NCBI GenBank assembly: GCA_965197905.1
Contig: CBDAOB010000005.1
Location: 1,472,001 to 1,536,000 of the forward strand
Direction of reading: 5' to 3'
From: Candidatus Latescibacterota bacterium
GTDB taxonomy: Bacteria; Latescibacterota; UBA2968; UBA8231
Length of the DNA: 64,000 bases
The notes beneath the pieces are model-generated. The model was given only the letters and a program-made list of their open reading frames with translations, ran no database searches and had not been told where the DNA came from. Positions 38,161 through 47,140 of the stretch are shown here, piece by piece (positions within the stretch are counted from its first letter, which is position 1; every line of letters begins with the position of its first letter). Made by a program: the position numbers and the translations under genes.

Positions 38161-39642
38161 CTACCAGTTGGGGCACAGCCCCAACGCCTTGTTTCTAGTC
38201 TGGCGCGACAGGTGGCGCAATCTTATTCCGGCATCCGAGTAGTAGATACAGACAAAATCGGTTTTCGACGCGTCCGTCGAAGTCCAATCGAGTGTTGCCT
38301 TTTGAAACATCTGGCCCAGCACCATACGCCCGACGATGAGGTCGTAAAGCGCTTCGGTCAGCGTCCGTCGGCGCACCAGGTGCGATGACAGCTTCAAGGT
38401 TGAAGCCAGGTACCGCAGGTACTGGTTGTGCTCCATATACGATTTGTCAAGAGACTCCCGGGGTGCTTCCGGGAGTACCACCGCCCAGCCCGGTTCGGGG
38501 GTTTCTTGATTCATAAAGGAACAGGAACGATACTGGGCGACGTCCTTGATGTCTGCGAAGAGCCCGATATATATCTTCGCCAGGTTCTTGAGTGTACAGG
38601 GATACATCGTGCCCTCGCGATAGAATCGAGATACCCGAGGGATCAGTAGGAACTGCTGCTTGCATTGCTTGTGGGTCTGCAACGTGGCGATGACTTGATC
38701 CTCGAGCTTGGCGCGAAGCCTGTTCTCAAGATTTGCGACATCTGGCTCGGGCAGAGAGAACCCCATGCTGGCCTGAAGGTCGTCGAGGCTGACCTTCGCG
38801 GAAAATATGTCGACGGTTTCGGCTCCGGAGGCAGCCTGCCTAGTTGTTGGACCGCGAATCTTGGACGCCTTCTCCTCTCTGGACTGAAGTTGATGTGCAC
38901 GGCTGTCGCTCTCCTGCGTGGCCGCGGGGAGTGATGGAGCCGCGTCGCTCGTCGTCGGCTGATTAAACAGCTCGTCTCCCACCGACCCGACCTCGCCGGC
39001 ATCGAAAGCCGGGGTCTTGTCCTTGTCTTCTAATTGCTCGGCAGACGCAGCGACATCCTCATCGGCGTCCCTGACTGGGGAGCTGGTTTCCACCAGGCCC
39101 GAGTCACTGTCCGGATCCGCTTCCAGCGGCGGTGGGTCTGCCATCGGTTCCGAGCTGTCCGAGACTTCCTCGGCCGTCGGGAACACACCCGCCTCAAACA
39201 CCGCGTCCTTGGCGGAACTGCCAAACAGATCGTCCGCATCCGCGGCCATTACCGCGTACGGCTCTTCGTCCGCATCCTCGAAGGCGGTTGCATCCGCGGC
39301 CGACTCTGGGGCATCGGGATCCCGGGCGGCGAAATAGGGGGTCTCCTGGACCTCATTCGCTGCCGCGTTCAGTTCCTCGACTTCGATCAGGTCTCCGTGA
39401 CGATCGAGGATCTCCTGAATCCGTTCGGTGAGATGTCCGTTGACGCTGAAGCGGTTTTGGGCGCAATAGAGGGCCGTGACGGCTCTCTTTAGGTCGGCGG
39501 TACCGAGGTGTTCCTCGACGCGCTCAAACGGATCGAGCAGATCGACCGTCCAGCCGGTGGCAAGCGCCTGGTCACCAACGCGGCGAATATGCTCCTGAAG
39601 AGCTCGAATTTCGGAGGTTAGCTGTTCTTCGATCTGTTCCAC
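38161..39642 (-). CDS. Hypothetical protein: helical N-terminus, acidic linker, C-terminal domain paralogous to 39786-41018
   Basis: 493 aa ORF with a D/E/A/P-rich middle; C-terminal MG.S, LIPRV, YPC, YRSCSF, WAVV, EALYD, WTST. Confidence 0.8.
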   Translation of the reverse strand: MEQIEEQLTSEIRALQEHIRRVGDQALATGWTVDLLDPFERVEEHLGTADLKRAVTALYCAQNRFSVNGHLTERIQEILDRHGDLIEVEELNAAANEVQETPYFAARDPDAPESAADATAFEDADEEPYAVMAADADDLFGSSAKDAVFEAGVFPTAEEVSDSSEPMADPPPLEADPDSDSGLVETSSPVRDADEDVAASAEQLEDKDKTPAFDAGEVGSVGDELFNQPTTSDAAPSLPAATQESDSRAHQLQSREEKASKIRGPTTRQAASGAETVDIFSAKVSLDDLQASMGFSLPEPDVANLENRLRAKLEDQVIATLQTHKQCKQQFLLIPRVSRFYREGTMYPCTLKNLAKIYIGLFADIKDVAQYRSCSFMNQETPEPGWAVVLPEAPRESLDKSYMEHNQYLRYLASTLKLSSHLVRRRTLTEALYDLIVGRMVLGQMFQKATLDWTSTDASKTDFVCIYYSDAGIRLRHLSRQTRNKALGLCPNW

Positions 39643-39785
39643 TGACCGTTCCCGTCAGAGGATGTAGAGGCGTACATCACGTGCGATAATACTACTTATA
39701 TCGGAATATATATCAAAAAACGACAATTCTTGGTGATTTCGATCACAAATTGCTTCGAAAGCTGGGAACACCCCGAATCGGAAGG

Positions 39786-41018
39786 CTAACTGAAAACGAC
39801 CGCGGGCAACACCCCAGGCCAGCGAGGTCTTCTCGGTCGCCAGTGCGGAGTGCCTCTGTTGCCGGAGATGCGCAACGTGCCATCCTTTTGATACAGGAAA
39901 ACCTGCTTGACCCCGCCCTTGCGTCCTTGTTGGTAGCTCGTTCGGGTCATGCTGTTGCAGTCGTCAAAGAAGCTCTCCTTGGTGGAGAGGGTGAGCATGA
40001 CGCGATCGTAGACCTCCTCGAGGGCGCTCTTCTGACAGACCTGCTCCGCCGGCAGATCGTTTGCCCGGGCGTACATGAGCAGCCTTATTCCCGGCTTCTT
40101 GAATGAACAGTTGAGGTATTGTCGATCGACGAAAGCCCAATGAGTCTGTTCGATGCCGGATACGTAGAAGTCGCAGCTGGAGTACCATAAAGAGCGCTCA
40201 GATGCGGAGATGAAGAAGCTTCCAAAATTCTGCCGAATCGAGGCAATGCTGCACGGCACCTTCGTATCAGATCCCTGGCTCTGGGGGAAATCGGCCACTC
40301 TCAGGACGAGCGCGTAGTCCCCAAAGGTGTTCTGGAGGGTCTTGATTCTCCCTTTTTCTACATGGGGTTTGAGTTCATCGTTTTCGAACAGGGTGGACCA
40401 AACCTGGGCGAGAGGCCGGTAGATCTGCTCCAATTCCTCCGGCGAGAAAGAAACGCCCATCAGACCCGAGAGCTGGTCAGGGCCGACGTATCGATCCTTA
40501 AAAACTCTCTCAAGGCGCTCGTAAAGCGGAAGATCCAGCAAGCCGCTGCGCTGCTTTTTGCCGGTCTTGGGAACCTTCTCGTCTTCGGCGTCGATCTTTT
40601 TGACGAAGATCTTGCGGTCCTTCTTGACCGCCGCGAGCTCCGTCTGCAGCTCCGTCAGTAGTGGTTTTTCGATCTCGAGCGGTTCGTCATGACTTATAGA
40701 CTCTACGTGGGCGACATCCTCGACGATCTCCGCCTGAAGCTCGTTTACCTGGGCGCGGTTCTTGACGATGCGATGGACGGGATTGAGCAGCCGCTTCAAT
40801 GCGGTTACTCGATCGATGTATGGCTTGATTTTCTGTGCTATCGAGCGTGCCGACTCGAGGTCGGTGATCGGCGTGGTTTCATCGTGCGCCAGTCCGAGAA
40901 TACGTTCGGCCGCCGCTTCAGTCTGTTGGCGCAGGCGCTCGAACTCCTCTTCGGATTCTGCTTCCTCCGACTGGTTCTCAACGTGAGGCCCTTCAGCTGA
41001 GGTCATCACTGGCATCAA
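39786..41018 (-). CDS. Hypothetical protein: coiled-coil N-terminus plus the shared uncharacterized C-terminal domain
   Basis: 410 aa ORF; C-terminal MGVS, LVLRV, VPC, YSSCDF, WAFV, EEVYD, MTRT. 1 bp from the upstream gene's stop. Confidence 0.8.
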   Translation of the reverse strand: MMPVMTSAEGPHVENQSEEAESEEEFERLRQQTEAAAERILGLAHDETTPITDLESARSIAQKIKPYIDRVTALKRLLNPVHRIVKNRAQVNELQAEIVEDVAHVESISHDEPLEIEKPLLTELQTELAAVKKDRKIFVKKIDAEDEKVPKTGKKQRSGLLDLPLYERLERVFKDRYVGPDQLSGLMGVSFSPEELEQIYRPLAQVWSTLFENDELKPHVEKGRIKTLQNTFGDYALVLRVADFPQSQGSDTKVPCSIASIRQNFGSFFISASERSLWYSSCDFYVSGIEQTHWAFVDRQYLNCSFKKPGIRLLMYARANDLPAEQVCQKSALEEVYDRVMLTLSTKESFFDDCNSMTRTSYQQGRKGGVKQVFLYQKDGTLRISGNRGTPHWRPRRPRWPGVLPAVVFS

Positions 41019-41019
41019 C

Positions 41020-43812
41020 CTATTTTCCGGGCTCTATCATCCACTCGGGGAGCGTGATCCGATATTTGTAGAACCCGTCCACCGGTTCAAACGATACGTC
41101 CTGATCTACCGTGTGGGCCGATCGAAGGGATTCGGGTTCATCATCGGACGTGAATCCGAGGACGCGAAGCCGCGGCGTTCTGCGGTCCGACCAGAAATGA
41201 TTGGTGCGAACTAGGATGTCGCCGGCGCAGTCCATGGGGATAATATCGATCTCCCAATTCCTTTGGAGCAGCAGCGCGGCGCCATTCAAGGTGATGGGCC
41301 CAATGTCCATGCGGTTACCGCGCGTGTCGACGAAGAGATAGTCCGAACATTGGGCGAAGTCGATTCGGCCCCTCCCCGCGTTCGCCGAGTACGCCAGAAC
41401 TTCGTCCTCGTTGTGCGCGAGGAAAGAGCCGGGCGGCAAGGTGAAGGATTGTCCCAGTTGCTCGATCTTCCATTCGTCGTCCCAGCTGCCGTTAGCAAAA
41501 ACTCGCAGGCCGTTTTCGTAGGTCACACAAATCTGGCTGCGTTCGTACGCACCGGAAATGAGCGCATCGGTCGTTTCGAGCAGGTTCCCGTCATTGTGGT
41601 ATTGGATCTGCTGAACCGGCACTCCGATATATTGGGTCTGCAGGTTCTGCAGGAGATAATACGCCTTGACTACCGACTCCAGGCCCCAGCGTTCCAGGTC
41701 TGGTAATAGGCAGGCGTGCCCATACGCCGCGGTCGCGGTCAGGTAGCGGATCAGGTAGTCGCTTCGACTGTGGCGTTGATTCTCCGGAACTTCACCGTCA
41801 AAGAAAGCATCGATGGTGCCGACGCCGGCCAGGGTGCCCGACCGATGAAGGTTGCATAAATCAAAGTCGACGAGAGTAGCGCGCTTGCTGGGATTGGGTC
41901 CAGACAGGGGGGCGAGGTTGCCATTAAGCAATCCGGCATAGAGCCAATGCGTACCACCAGCGCCAACGGTCGGGTGTTCCTGGACGACCTGCTTCAGCAG
42001 CGCGTGCTCAGCCGCCAGCGTGTCGATGAATCTCGAGGCGTGCGGCAGTCTGCTGTCGTGGTCGACGCGGTCCCATGGCGGACTGTCTGTGTGGGCGTCG
42101 AGAAAGGTCGCATGATTGGAAAAGTTGTCCGCAATATTGCCGACATGTCCGTCAGCAAGCTCTCCTGCGCGGGCAGGTTTGACGAGAAATCGGCCAGATT
42201 CGGATCGCGATAGATTTCCGTCCGGCCCTTGTGCCGCCAGGTCTGGAGTCCATTTGTCGCTGAGAGGTGACACGTCGCGGAAGTTAGTGCTCAGACAGAA
42301 GCTGTGACCGAGATCGCCTAAGGCTTCAAGGTATTCGGCCAGGGCGTCATTGCCGCCTTTGGCTGCGGCACCCGTGGTGGTCAGGGTTGCGTTCCCGTCG
42401 CCGTCGTGCCAGGTGTCGTCCGAATGCACGATCAACAGATGCTCCAGGCCCCGTTGCCTCAGGGTGAGCAGATTTTCGTACGCCTCGACATAACTTTCCT
42501 CGGTGGGAGGCAGTGCGCCCACGTGGTACCAGACGAGTCGGCCGAGTTCCCATTCCGAGTCACTTCCGGCAGCGGGAACCACCGGCACTACCTCCTCGAA
42601 ACGGCGCGATGCGGTAACGACGATCGACTCCCGCAACGGGGTGCGCTTACCTGTAGTATCGGGCAGATACCGGCATCCTCCGTTGAGACGCAGAGACTTC
42701 TGGGCTTCCTCCGCCGATGGTGCGTGGAGGGTCGTTGCTTCCGAATCGTAGATGTCCAACAGCACCGACACGAACACCCCATTGGTGCATAGGATGTGCG
42801 GATCTTCTTCGCCGAAGCTGAAGTACGGGACGCGGAACAGTCGCGGATGGCTGGCACCCGTAATGCGCCCCAGCTCGATCCCTGTTGCCCGTCCGCCGCC
42901 CCCTTCCATGGAAACGACGAGTGTCTTGCCTTCGATATGCATACGGTAGAGGAAATCAATCTGTTCGTCTCCGAGTTTCCACTGCCAGCGTGCTTCGACC
43001 CTTTCGTCTATGATTTCGCACGAGACGAAGTGACGTTGAACCTCTTCATCATCTGCAGACCATTCACGTCCACCCATTTCGACGGTGATGCCGCCCCCGT
43101 CGAACGGATTTATGGGATCTGAATTGTTGATTTCCATTTCCAGATCGAGCAGAGTGCCGTCGATCGGGGTGTAGATGTAGCGGACCACCGCAGACAAAGA
43201 TCGGGACTCCATCACAAAGGATATCCCATCCTTGGAGACGCTGTTCGAAATCTCCTCGTCCTCGGCGCGCTGCAGTACCAAATGCGATGGCAATGCCCCC
43301 CGAGGCGCTTCGGTTACGGCTGGCAGCTGGGCGGTCTGAGGATCCAGGAAATCGAGACCCGCGAGCTGGACCGATACCTCCTGCCGGGCAAAAATGCCTC
43401 TGAGCGCAATGCCCTCGATGTTTGCCGATCCGGTATCCAACAAGCCATGGAAATACTGCCACCCACGGCCACCCACACTCCCCAACATGTGCTCCTTGTT
43501 TTCACCGAAGATCAATACGAGTTGGGGCAGGTGTTCGGGGTCGAACGCCGGATCGCAGTTCAACCAGATGCTTGCAGATTCTTTGCCTGTGGGAATCGGA
43601 ATGGGCTCAGGAGGTCGTATGACAATCTGACCCGCTCCGGTTATACTGAGCTGCTGAGTGTGGTCTTCTCCGATCCCGCCCAGCTGAACGGTGGTTCCGT
43701 CCTGGGCCTGAATATCCCAGGACTCCAGATCGGTGAAGTCGATCGCCGGCGACCCGCGCATCGGCACAGGCAAATCCATCGTGTCGCTTTGTTCATTCGG
43801 CGGGGTGTTCAA
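41020..43812 (-). CDS. Large hypothetical protein, possible glycoside hydrolase-like barrel with beta-sandwich domains
   Basis: 930 aa ORF. Central W, GGN.AL..Y...LG..F.L.TNF.D, FLDAHT..PPW..VDHD and G.G..HW.YAG resemble TIM-barrel GH-like proteins; family not established. Confidence 0.6.
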   Translation of the reverse strand: MNTPPNEQSDTMDLPVPMRGSPAIDFTDLESWDIQAQDGTTVQLGGIGEDHTQQLSITGAGQIVIRPPEPIPIPTGKESASIWLNCDPAFDPEHLPQLVLIFGENKEHMLGSVGGRGWQYFHGLLDTGSANIEGIALRGIFARQEVSVQLAGLDFLDPQTAQLPAVTEAPRGALPSHLVLQRAEDEEISNSVSKDGISFVMESRSLSAVVRYIYTPIDGTLLDLEMEINNSDPINPFDGGGITVEMGGREWSADDEEVQRHFVSCEIIDERVEARWQWKLGDEQIDFLYRMHIEGKTLVVSMEGGGGRATGIELGRITGASHPRLFRVPYFSFGEEDPHILCTNGVFVSVLLDIYDSEATTLHAPSAEEAQKSLRLNGGCRYLPDTTGKRTPLRESIVVTASRRFEEVVPVVPAAGSDSEWELGRLVWYHVGALPPTEESYVEAYENLLTLRQRGLEHLLIVHSDDTWHDGDGNATLTTTGAAAKGGNDALAEYLEALGDLGHSFCLSTNFRDVSPLSDKWTPDLAAQGPDGNLSRSESGRFLVKPARAGELADGHVGNIADNFSNHATFLDAHTDSPPWDRVDHDSRLPHASRFIDTLAAEHALLKQVVQEHPTVGAGGTHWLYAGLLNGNLAPLSGPNPSKRATLVDFDLCNLHRSGTLAGVGTIDAFFDGEVPENQRHSRSDYLIRYLTATAAYGHACLLPDLERWGLESVVKAYYLLQNLQTQYIGVPVQQIQYHNDGNLLETTDALISGAYERSQICVTYENGLRVFANGSWDDEWKIEQLGQSFTLPPGSFLAHNEDEVLAYSANAGRGRIDFAQCSDYLFVDTRGNRMDIGPITLNGAALLLQRNWEIDIIPMDCAGDILVRTNHFWSDRRTPRLRVLGFTSDDEPESLRSAHTVDQDVSFEPVDGFYKYRITLPEWMIEPGK

Positions 43813-43918
43813 TCTCTTGGACTCCGCGATTGCTGTTTCGGTCGGTCGAATCAGGCAGGGTCAATCCGTCCCAAACGCCCTATTTATCGAATATTTACGT
43901 AGATTTAGGCAAGCCAGC

Positions 43919-43947
43919 AAAATAGGTTAATCGGCAGGAGGTGTCAA
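43919..43947 (-). promoter_or_regulatory. sigma70-like promoter of the uncharacterized minus-strand operon
   Basis: Minus strand TTGACA-N17-TATTTT. Confidence 0.55.
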
Positions 43948-44037
43948 GATTGCGCAGGCCCCTTGGATTCTCCTCAGTCAGGGTCCATAACCCATTGTTT
44001 ATATTATGCATACGAGCTACTCAGGCGGGGACCTAAA

Positions 44038-45276
44038 GTGGAGGATTTCAACGCCGCTCAAGTAGCGGTTATCGGAGGTGGGGCCGCGGGGTTGATGGCG
44101 GCGATTTCGGCGGCTCTAAAGGGCAGATCGGTCGTCCTGCTCGAAGGGAATCACCGGCTAGGTCGCAAAATCCTGATCTCCGGGAACGGGCGCTGTAATC
44201 TGACCAATCGGGACGCCGACGCCGTGGTGCACTATTACGGGACCTACCCGGATTTCGTCGACGCGGTTCTGCGTCGATATTCGGTGGACGACACCCTGAC
44301 GTTCTTCGCCGATTTGGGATTGGAATGCAAGACTGGTACTCTTGGTCGTTTGTTTCCAGTAACCGACCAAGCTTCCTCGGTTTTGAACCTGCTGGAAGAC
44401 CGATTGAGTGCGCTCGGGGTCCAGATAGTCACGGACGCAAAGATCACCACGCTCCGACTGGGCAAGAGATTCGAGCTGGAGACCAGTAGGGGCGATGTCT
44501 GGAACGCAGATCGAGTCATCCTCGCCACCGGAGGCGTCAGTGTCCCAAAACTCGGGGCCGATGCCAGCGGCATGGAGATGGCTGCCAATTTCGGACATAT
44601 CCAGACACCTCTCTACCCCGGGCTCGTCCCTCTCTGCGGCGGCGATAAGCATATTCATTCCATGCACGGCGCCAAGGTGAACGCAGCGCTCTCGGTCACC
44701 ACTCCGAACAGCGATGTACATCGCGATGAGGGTGATTTGCTGTTTACGAAGTACGGGATATCCGGGCTCGCCGTTCTCAACTTGAGCGCCAGAATCGTAC
44801 CCTACTTGGAGACGAGCAGTCTCGAATGTCTGGCCAACTTGCTCCCAGGACGCTCACCGGAAGAGGTGAGCTTGAACCTGAAGGAACGCTGGACGCGAAA
44901 CAGCCACCACAGCGTTGCCCTGAGTCTGGCATCCATCTTGCCGGACAGAATCGCCCAAGGCGTGCTGGACCTGTTGCAGATACCGCGCGAAACAGCGGTC
45001 TCGGGGCTGTCCAAAGCCGTGCGATGGCAGATTGCGAACACACTGACCGGACTTTCGGTGAAGATTTACAAACCTCGGGCATTCGAATTCGCGGAGGTGA
45101 CGATAGGGGGCATCAAATCTGGCGACGTGGATCCTCATACGATGGAGTCAAAGTTGGTTCCGGGGCTCTATTTCGCAGGAGAAATGTTGAACGTCCACGG
45201 CGATCTTGGTGGCTACAATTTTCAATGGGCCTGGTCCAGCGGGTACGTTGCCGGCTCAGAGGCAGGAGCCCCGTGA
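44038..45276 (+). CDS. HI0933/BaiN/YhiN family flavoprotein
   Basis: IGGGAAGL, GRKILISGNGRCNLTN, GRLFP, LATGG.S.P.LG, LFTKYGISG, VTIGG, TMESK..PGLYFAGE...G..GGYNFQWAWSSG. Confidence 0.93.
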   Translation: MEDFNAAQVAVIGGGAAGLMAAISAALKGRSVVLLEGNHRLGRKILISGNGRCNLTNRDADAVVHYYGTYPDFVDAVLRRYSVDDTLTFFADLGLECKTGTLGRLFPVTDQASSVLNLLEDRLSALGVQIVTDAKITTLRLGKRFELETSRGDVWNADRVILATGGVSVPKLGADASGMEMAANFGHIQTPLYPGLVPLCGGDKHIHSMHGAKVNAALSVTTPNSDVHRDEGDLLFTKYGISGLAVLNLSARIVPYLETSSLECLANLLPGRSPEEVSLNLKERWTRNSHHSVALSLASILPDRIAQGVLDLLQIPRETAVSGLSKAVRWQIANTLTGLSVKIYKPRAFEFAEVTIGGIKSGDVDPHTMESKLVPGLYFAGEMLNVHGDLGGYNFQWAWSSGYVAGSEAGAP

Positions 45277-45291
45277 GAGCACTTTGCGCGA

Positions 45292-45320
45292 TTGACACTT
45301 TTAGGTGTCGCCGCTACACT
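45292..45320 (+). promoter_or_regulatory. sigma70 promoter of mocA-xdhC with an overlapping inverted repeat
   Basis: TTGACA-N17-TACACT; GACAC-N6-GTGTC at 45294-45309. Confidence 0.6.
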
Positions 45321-45432
45321 CTTGCAGCGATGTTTCAGGTCGCTGTGATTGGCCATCAAATCTACGCCCCCAAGCGCCATCCTCGCGTTGCGCGGGGCTG
45401 GTTCCGTCAGTAAGTGGCCAGGCGCATCCAGT

Positions 45433-46050
45433 ATGCAAGCGAGATCGCACCTTCCCACCGGGATCATTCTTGCCGCCGGGCTTTCGAGCCGCATGCACCG
45501 TCCGAAGCAGCTTCTTCCCTGGGGTTCCGGCACTGTAATCGAAGAAATAGCGAGTCGCGTACGTGGCAGGTTGCCGGAAACCATTGTCGTTCTCGGGCAT
45601 CTTGCGCACAAGATATCACCCATGCTGTCGGCAGTGGACGTGAAGATCGTCGTAAACCAGGATTATGAGCATGGAATGCTCTCGTCCGTACAATGCGGCA
45701 TCGCGGCAGCAACGGGAGCTTCGGCATACCTCATTTTTCTCGGTGATCAGCCGGTTGTCGACGATGAGGTCATCGACGCGGTCGTCAACGCTTTCGAGGA
45801 AACCGGCCGCGGAATCGTCATTCCGGTATTCGGGGGCAAACGCGGACACCCCGTTTTGATCAGTTCGCATTACGCCGAAGAGATATTGGCTTTGGGGGAT
45901 GGGGAAGGGCTGAATGTGGTGACTCGTGGGCATCCGCGGGATACCCTTGAGGTTGCGGTCGAGACCGCAACCGTATTGGAGGACATGGATACGCCTGACG
46001 ATTATCAACGGGCGCTGAACAAACACGGCGAGTTAGGGGAATATGGATGA
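45433..46050 (+). CDS. mocA: Molybdenum cofactor cytidylyltransferase-like nucleotidyltransferase
   Basis: IILAAGLSSRM..PKQLL, GMLSSV, LGDQP, GKRGHPV, DMDTPDDY; adjacent to xdhC. Confidence 0.85.
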   Translation: MQARSHLPTGIILAAGLSSRMHRPKQLLPWGSGTVIEEIASRVRGRLPETIVVLGHLAHKISPMLSAVDVKIVVNQDYEHGMLSSVQCGIAAATGASAYLIFLGDQPVVDDEVIDAVVNAFEETGRGIVIPVFGGKRGHPVLISSHYAEEILALGDGEGLNVVTRGHPRDTLEVAVETATVLEDMDTPDDYQRALNKHGELGEYG

Positions 46051-47140
46051 TGTGATAAGCGAGGTTGCCGGGCTGCGCGAAACTAACGAGCGAGGTGCCC
46101 TGGCTTCGCTCATATGGAGCAGCGGATCGATCCCGATGAGCGAGCGGGCAAAGATGCTCGTTCGATCCGGCGGAGAGGTGGCGGGAACCATTGGTGGGGG
46201 ATGTCTGGAGGCGGAAATCATTGCGGTGGCGTCCGAAGTCCTGGCAGACGGTGAGGCCCGCATAACCCACTATACCATGACCGAGCAGCAGGCGGGGGAA
46301 AGCGGTCTCAATTGCGGAGGCACCGTACGTATTCTGACGGAAGCGATTGACCCTCAACGTGACGCCCCCCTCTACGCCACCGTGATCTCGACCCGCCGGG
46401 AACGCCGCAGCTGCGCCCTTGCCACCACTGTCGGCGGGCCGAAGACCAATAAACTGCTGATTCGTGAGGATGGTTCTACCAGCGGAGATCTCCAAAACGA
46501 CATTGCACGGCAGATGGTGGGGGACGGGTTGTCGGAGGCTCTGAACGGAGACGGCGGTTTGTTGCTGGAACTACCCGCGTCCGGCCGCGCTGGGGAGGCG
46601 CCCGAAAATCAGGAGGTTTTTGTCGAACCGTTTCTTCCGGCTCCCGAGCTTTTCGTATTTGGCGGGGGGCACGTTGGTGGAGAGATCGCGAAACTGGCAG
46701 CCAATGTCGGATTCTCCGTAACCATCATCGACGACAGACCCACGTTTTCCAACGCCAAGAGGCATCCAACGGTGGAACGCTGTCTCGTCGCGTCGGTGGA
46801 AGAGGTGTTTTCACAGTTCGTGTTTGATCGCTATTCGTACGTGGTGGCAGCGACTCGTGGCCATAGGGAAGACGAGGTCGTGGTGGAAGCGGCGGTTCGC
46901 ACGCAGGCACGGTACATCGGGATGCTGGGAAGCGAGCGCAAGAAAATGGTACTGTGGAAACGCCTCGCCGAGCGGGGGGCGCCCGCCGCTCGGCTAGCGC
47001 AGGTGTTTGCGCCCATCGGGCTGAATATCGGAGCCGACAATCCACAGGAGATTGCGGTCAGCGTCGTAGCGGAACTAATAGAGGTGCGTCGAGGGACGAA
47101 GAAGATTTGGAAGACGAAAGCGCCGAACCCGTCGGCCTAA
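46043..47140 (+). CDS. xdhC: XdhC/CoxI family molybdoenzyme accessory protein
   Basis: GSIP, GTIGGGCLE, GLNCGG, FGGGHV, IDDR, TRGH..D, YIGMLGS, APIGLNIGA.NPQEIAVSV.AE. Confidence 0.93.
   Translation: MDDVISEVAGLRETNERGALASLIWSSGSIPMSERAKMLVRSGGEVAGTIGGGCLEAEIIAVASEVLADGEARITHYTMTEQQAGESGLNCGGTVRILTEAIDPQRDAPLYATVISTRRERRSCALATTVGGPKTNKLLIREDGSTSGDLQNDIARQMVGDGLSEALNGDGGLLLELPASGRAGEAPENQEVFVEPFLPAPELFVFGGGHVGGEIAKLAANVGFSVTIIDDRPTFSNAKRHPTVERCLVASVEEVFSQFVFDRYSYVVAATRGHREDEVVVEAAVRTQARYIGMLGSERKKMVLWKRLAERGAPAARLAQVFAPIGLNIGADNPQEIAVSVVAELIEVRRGTKKIWKTKAPNPSA

Noticed and set aside
39691..39725. Third sigma28-like promoter (TCCGATAT) upstream of gene 38161-39642
   Set aside because: The -10 element is plausible, but there is no TAAA/TTAAG-like -35 at the right spacing.
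38161..41018. Diversity-generating retroelement suggested by the possible CLec-like domains
   Set aside because: No reverse transcriptase, and no template/variable repeat pair differing at adenines was seen in the window.
45321..45432. Moco/Wco riboswitch upstream of mocA-xdhC
   Set aside because: The conserved elements I recall for that motif are not recognisable. Kept only as a generic structured-leader candidate.
46954..47106. N-terminal extension of the nitrilase ORF in the track
   Set aside because: Overlaps the conserved xdhC C-terminus and is low-complexity; a later start is more plausible.
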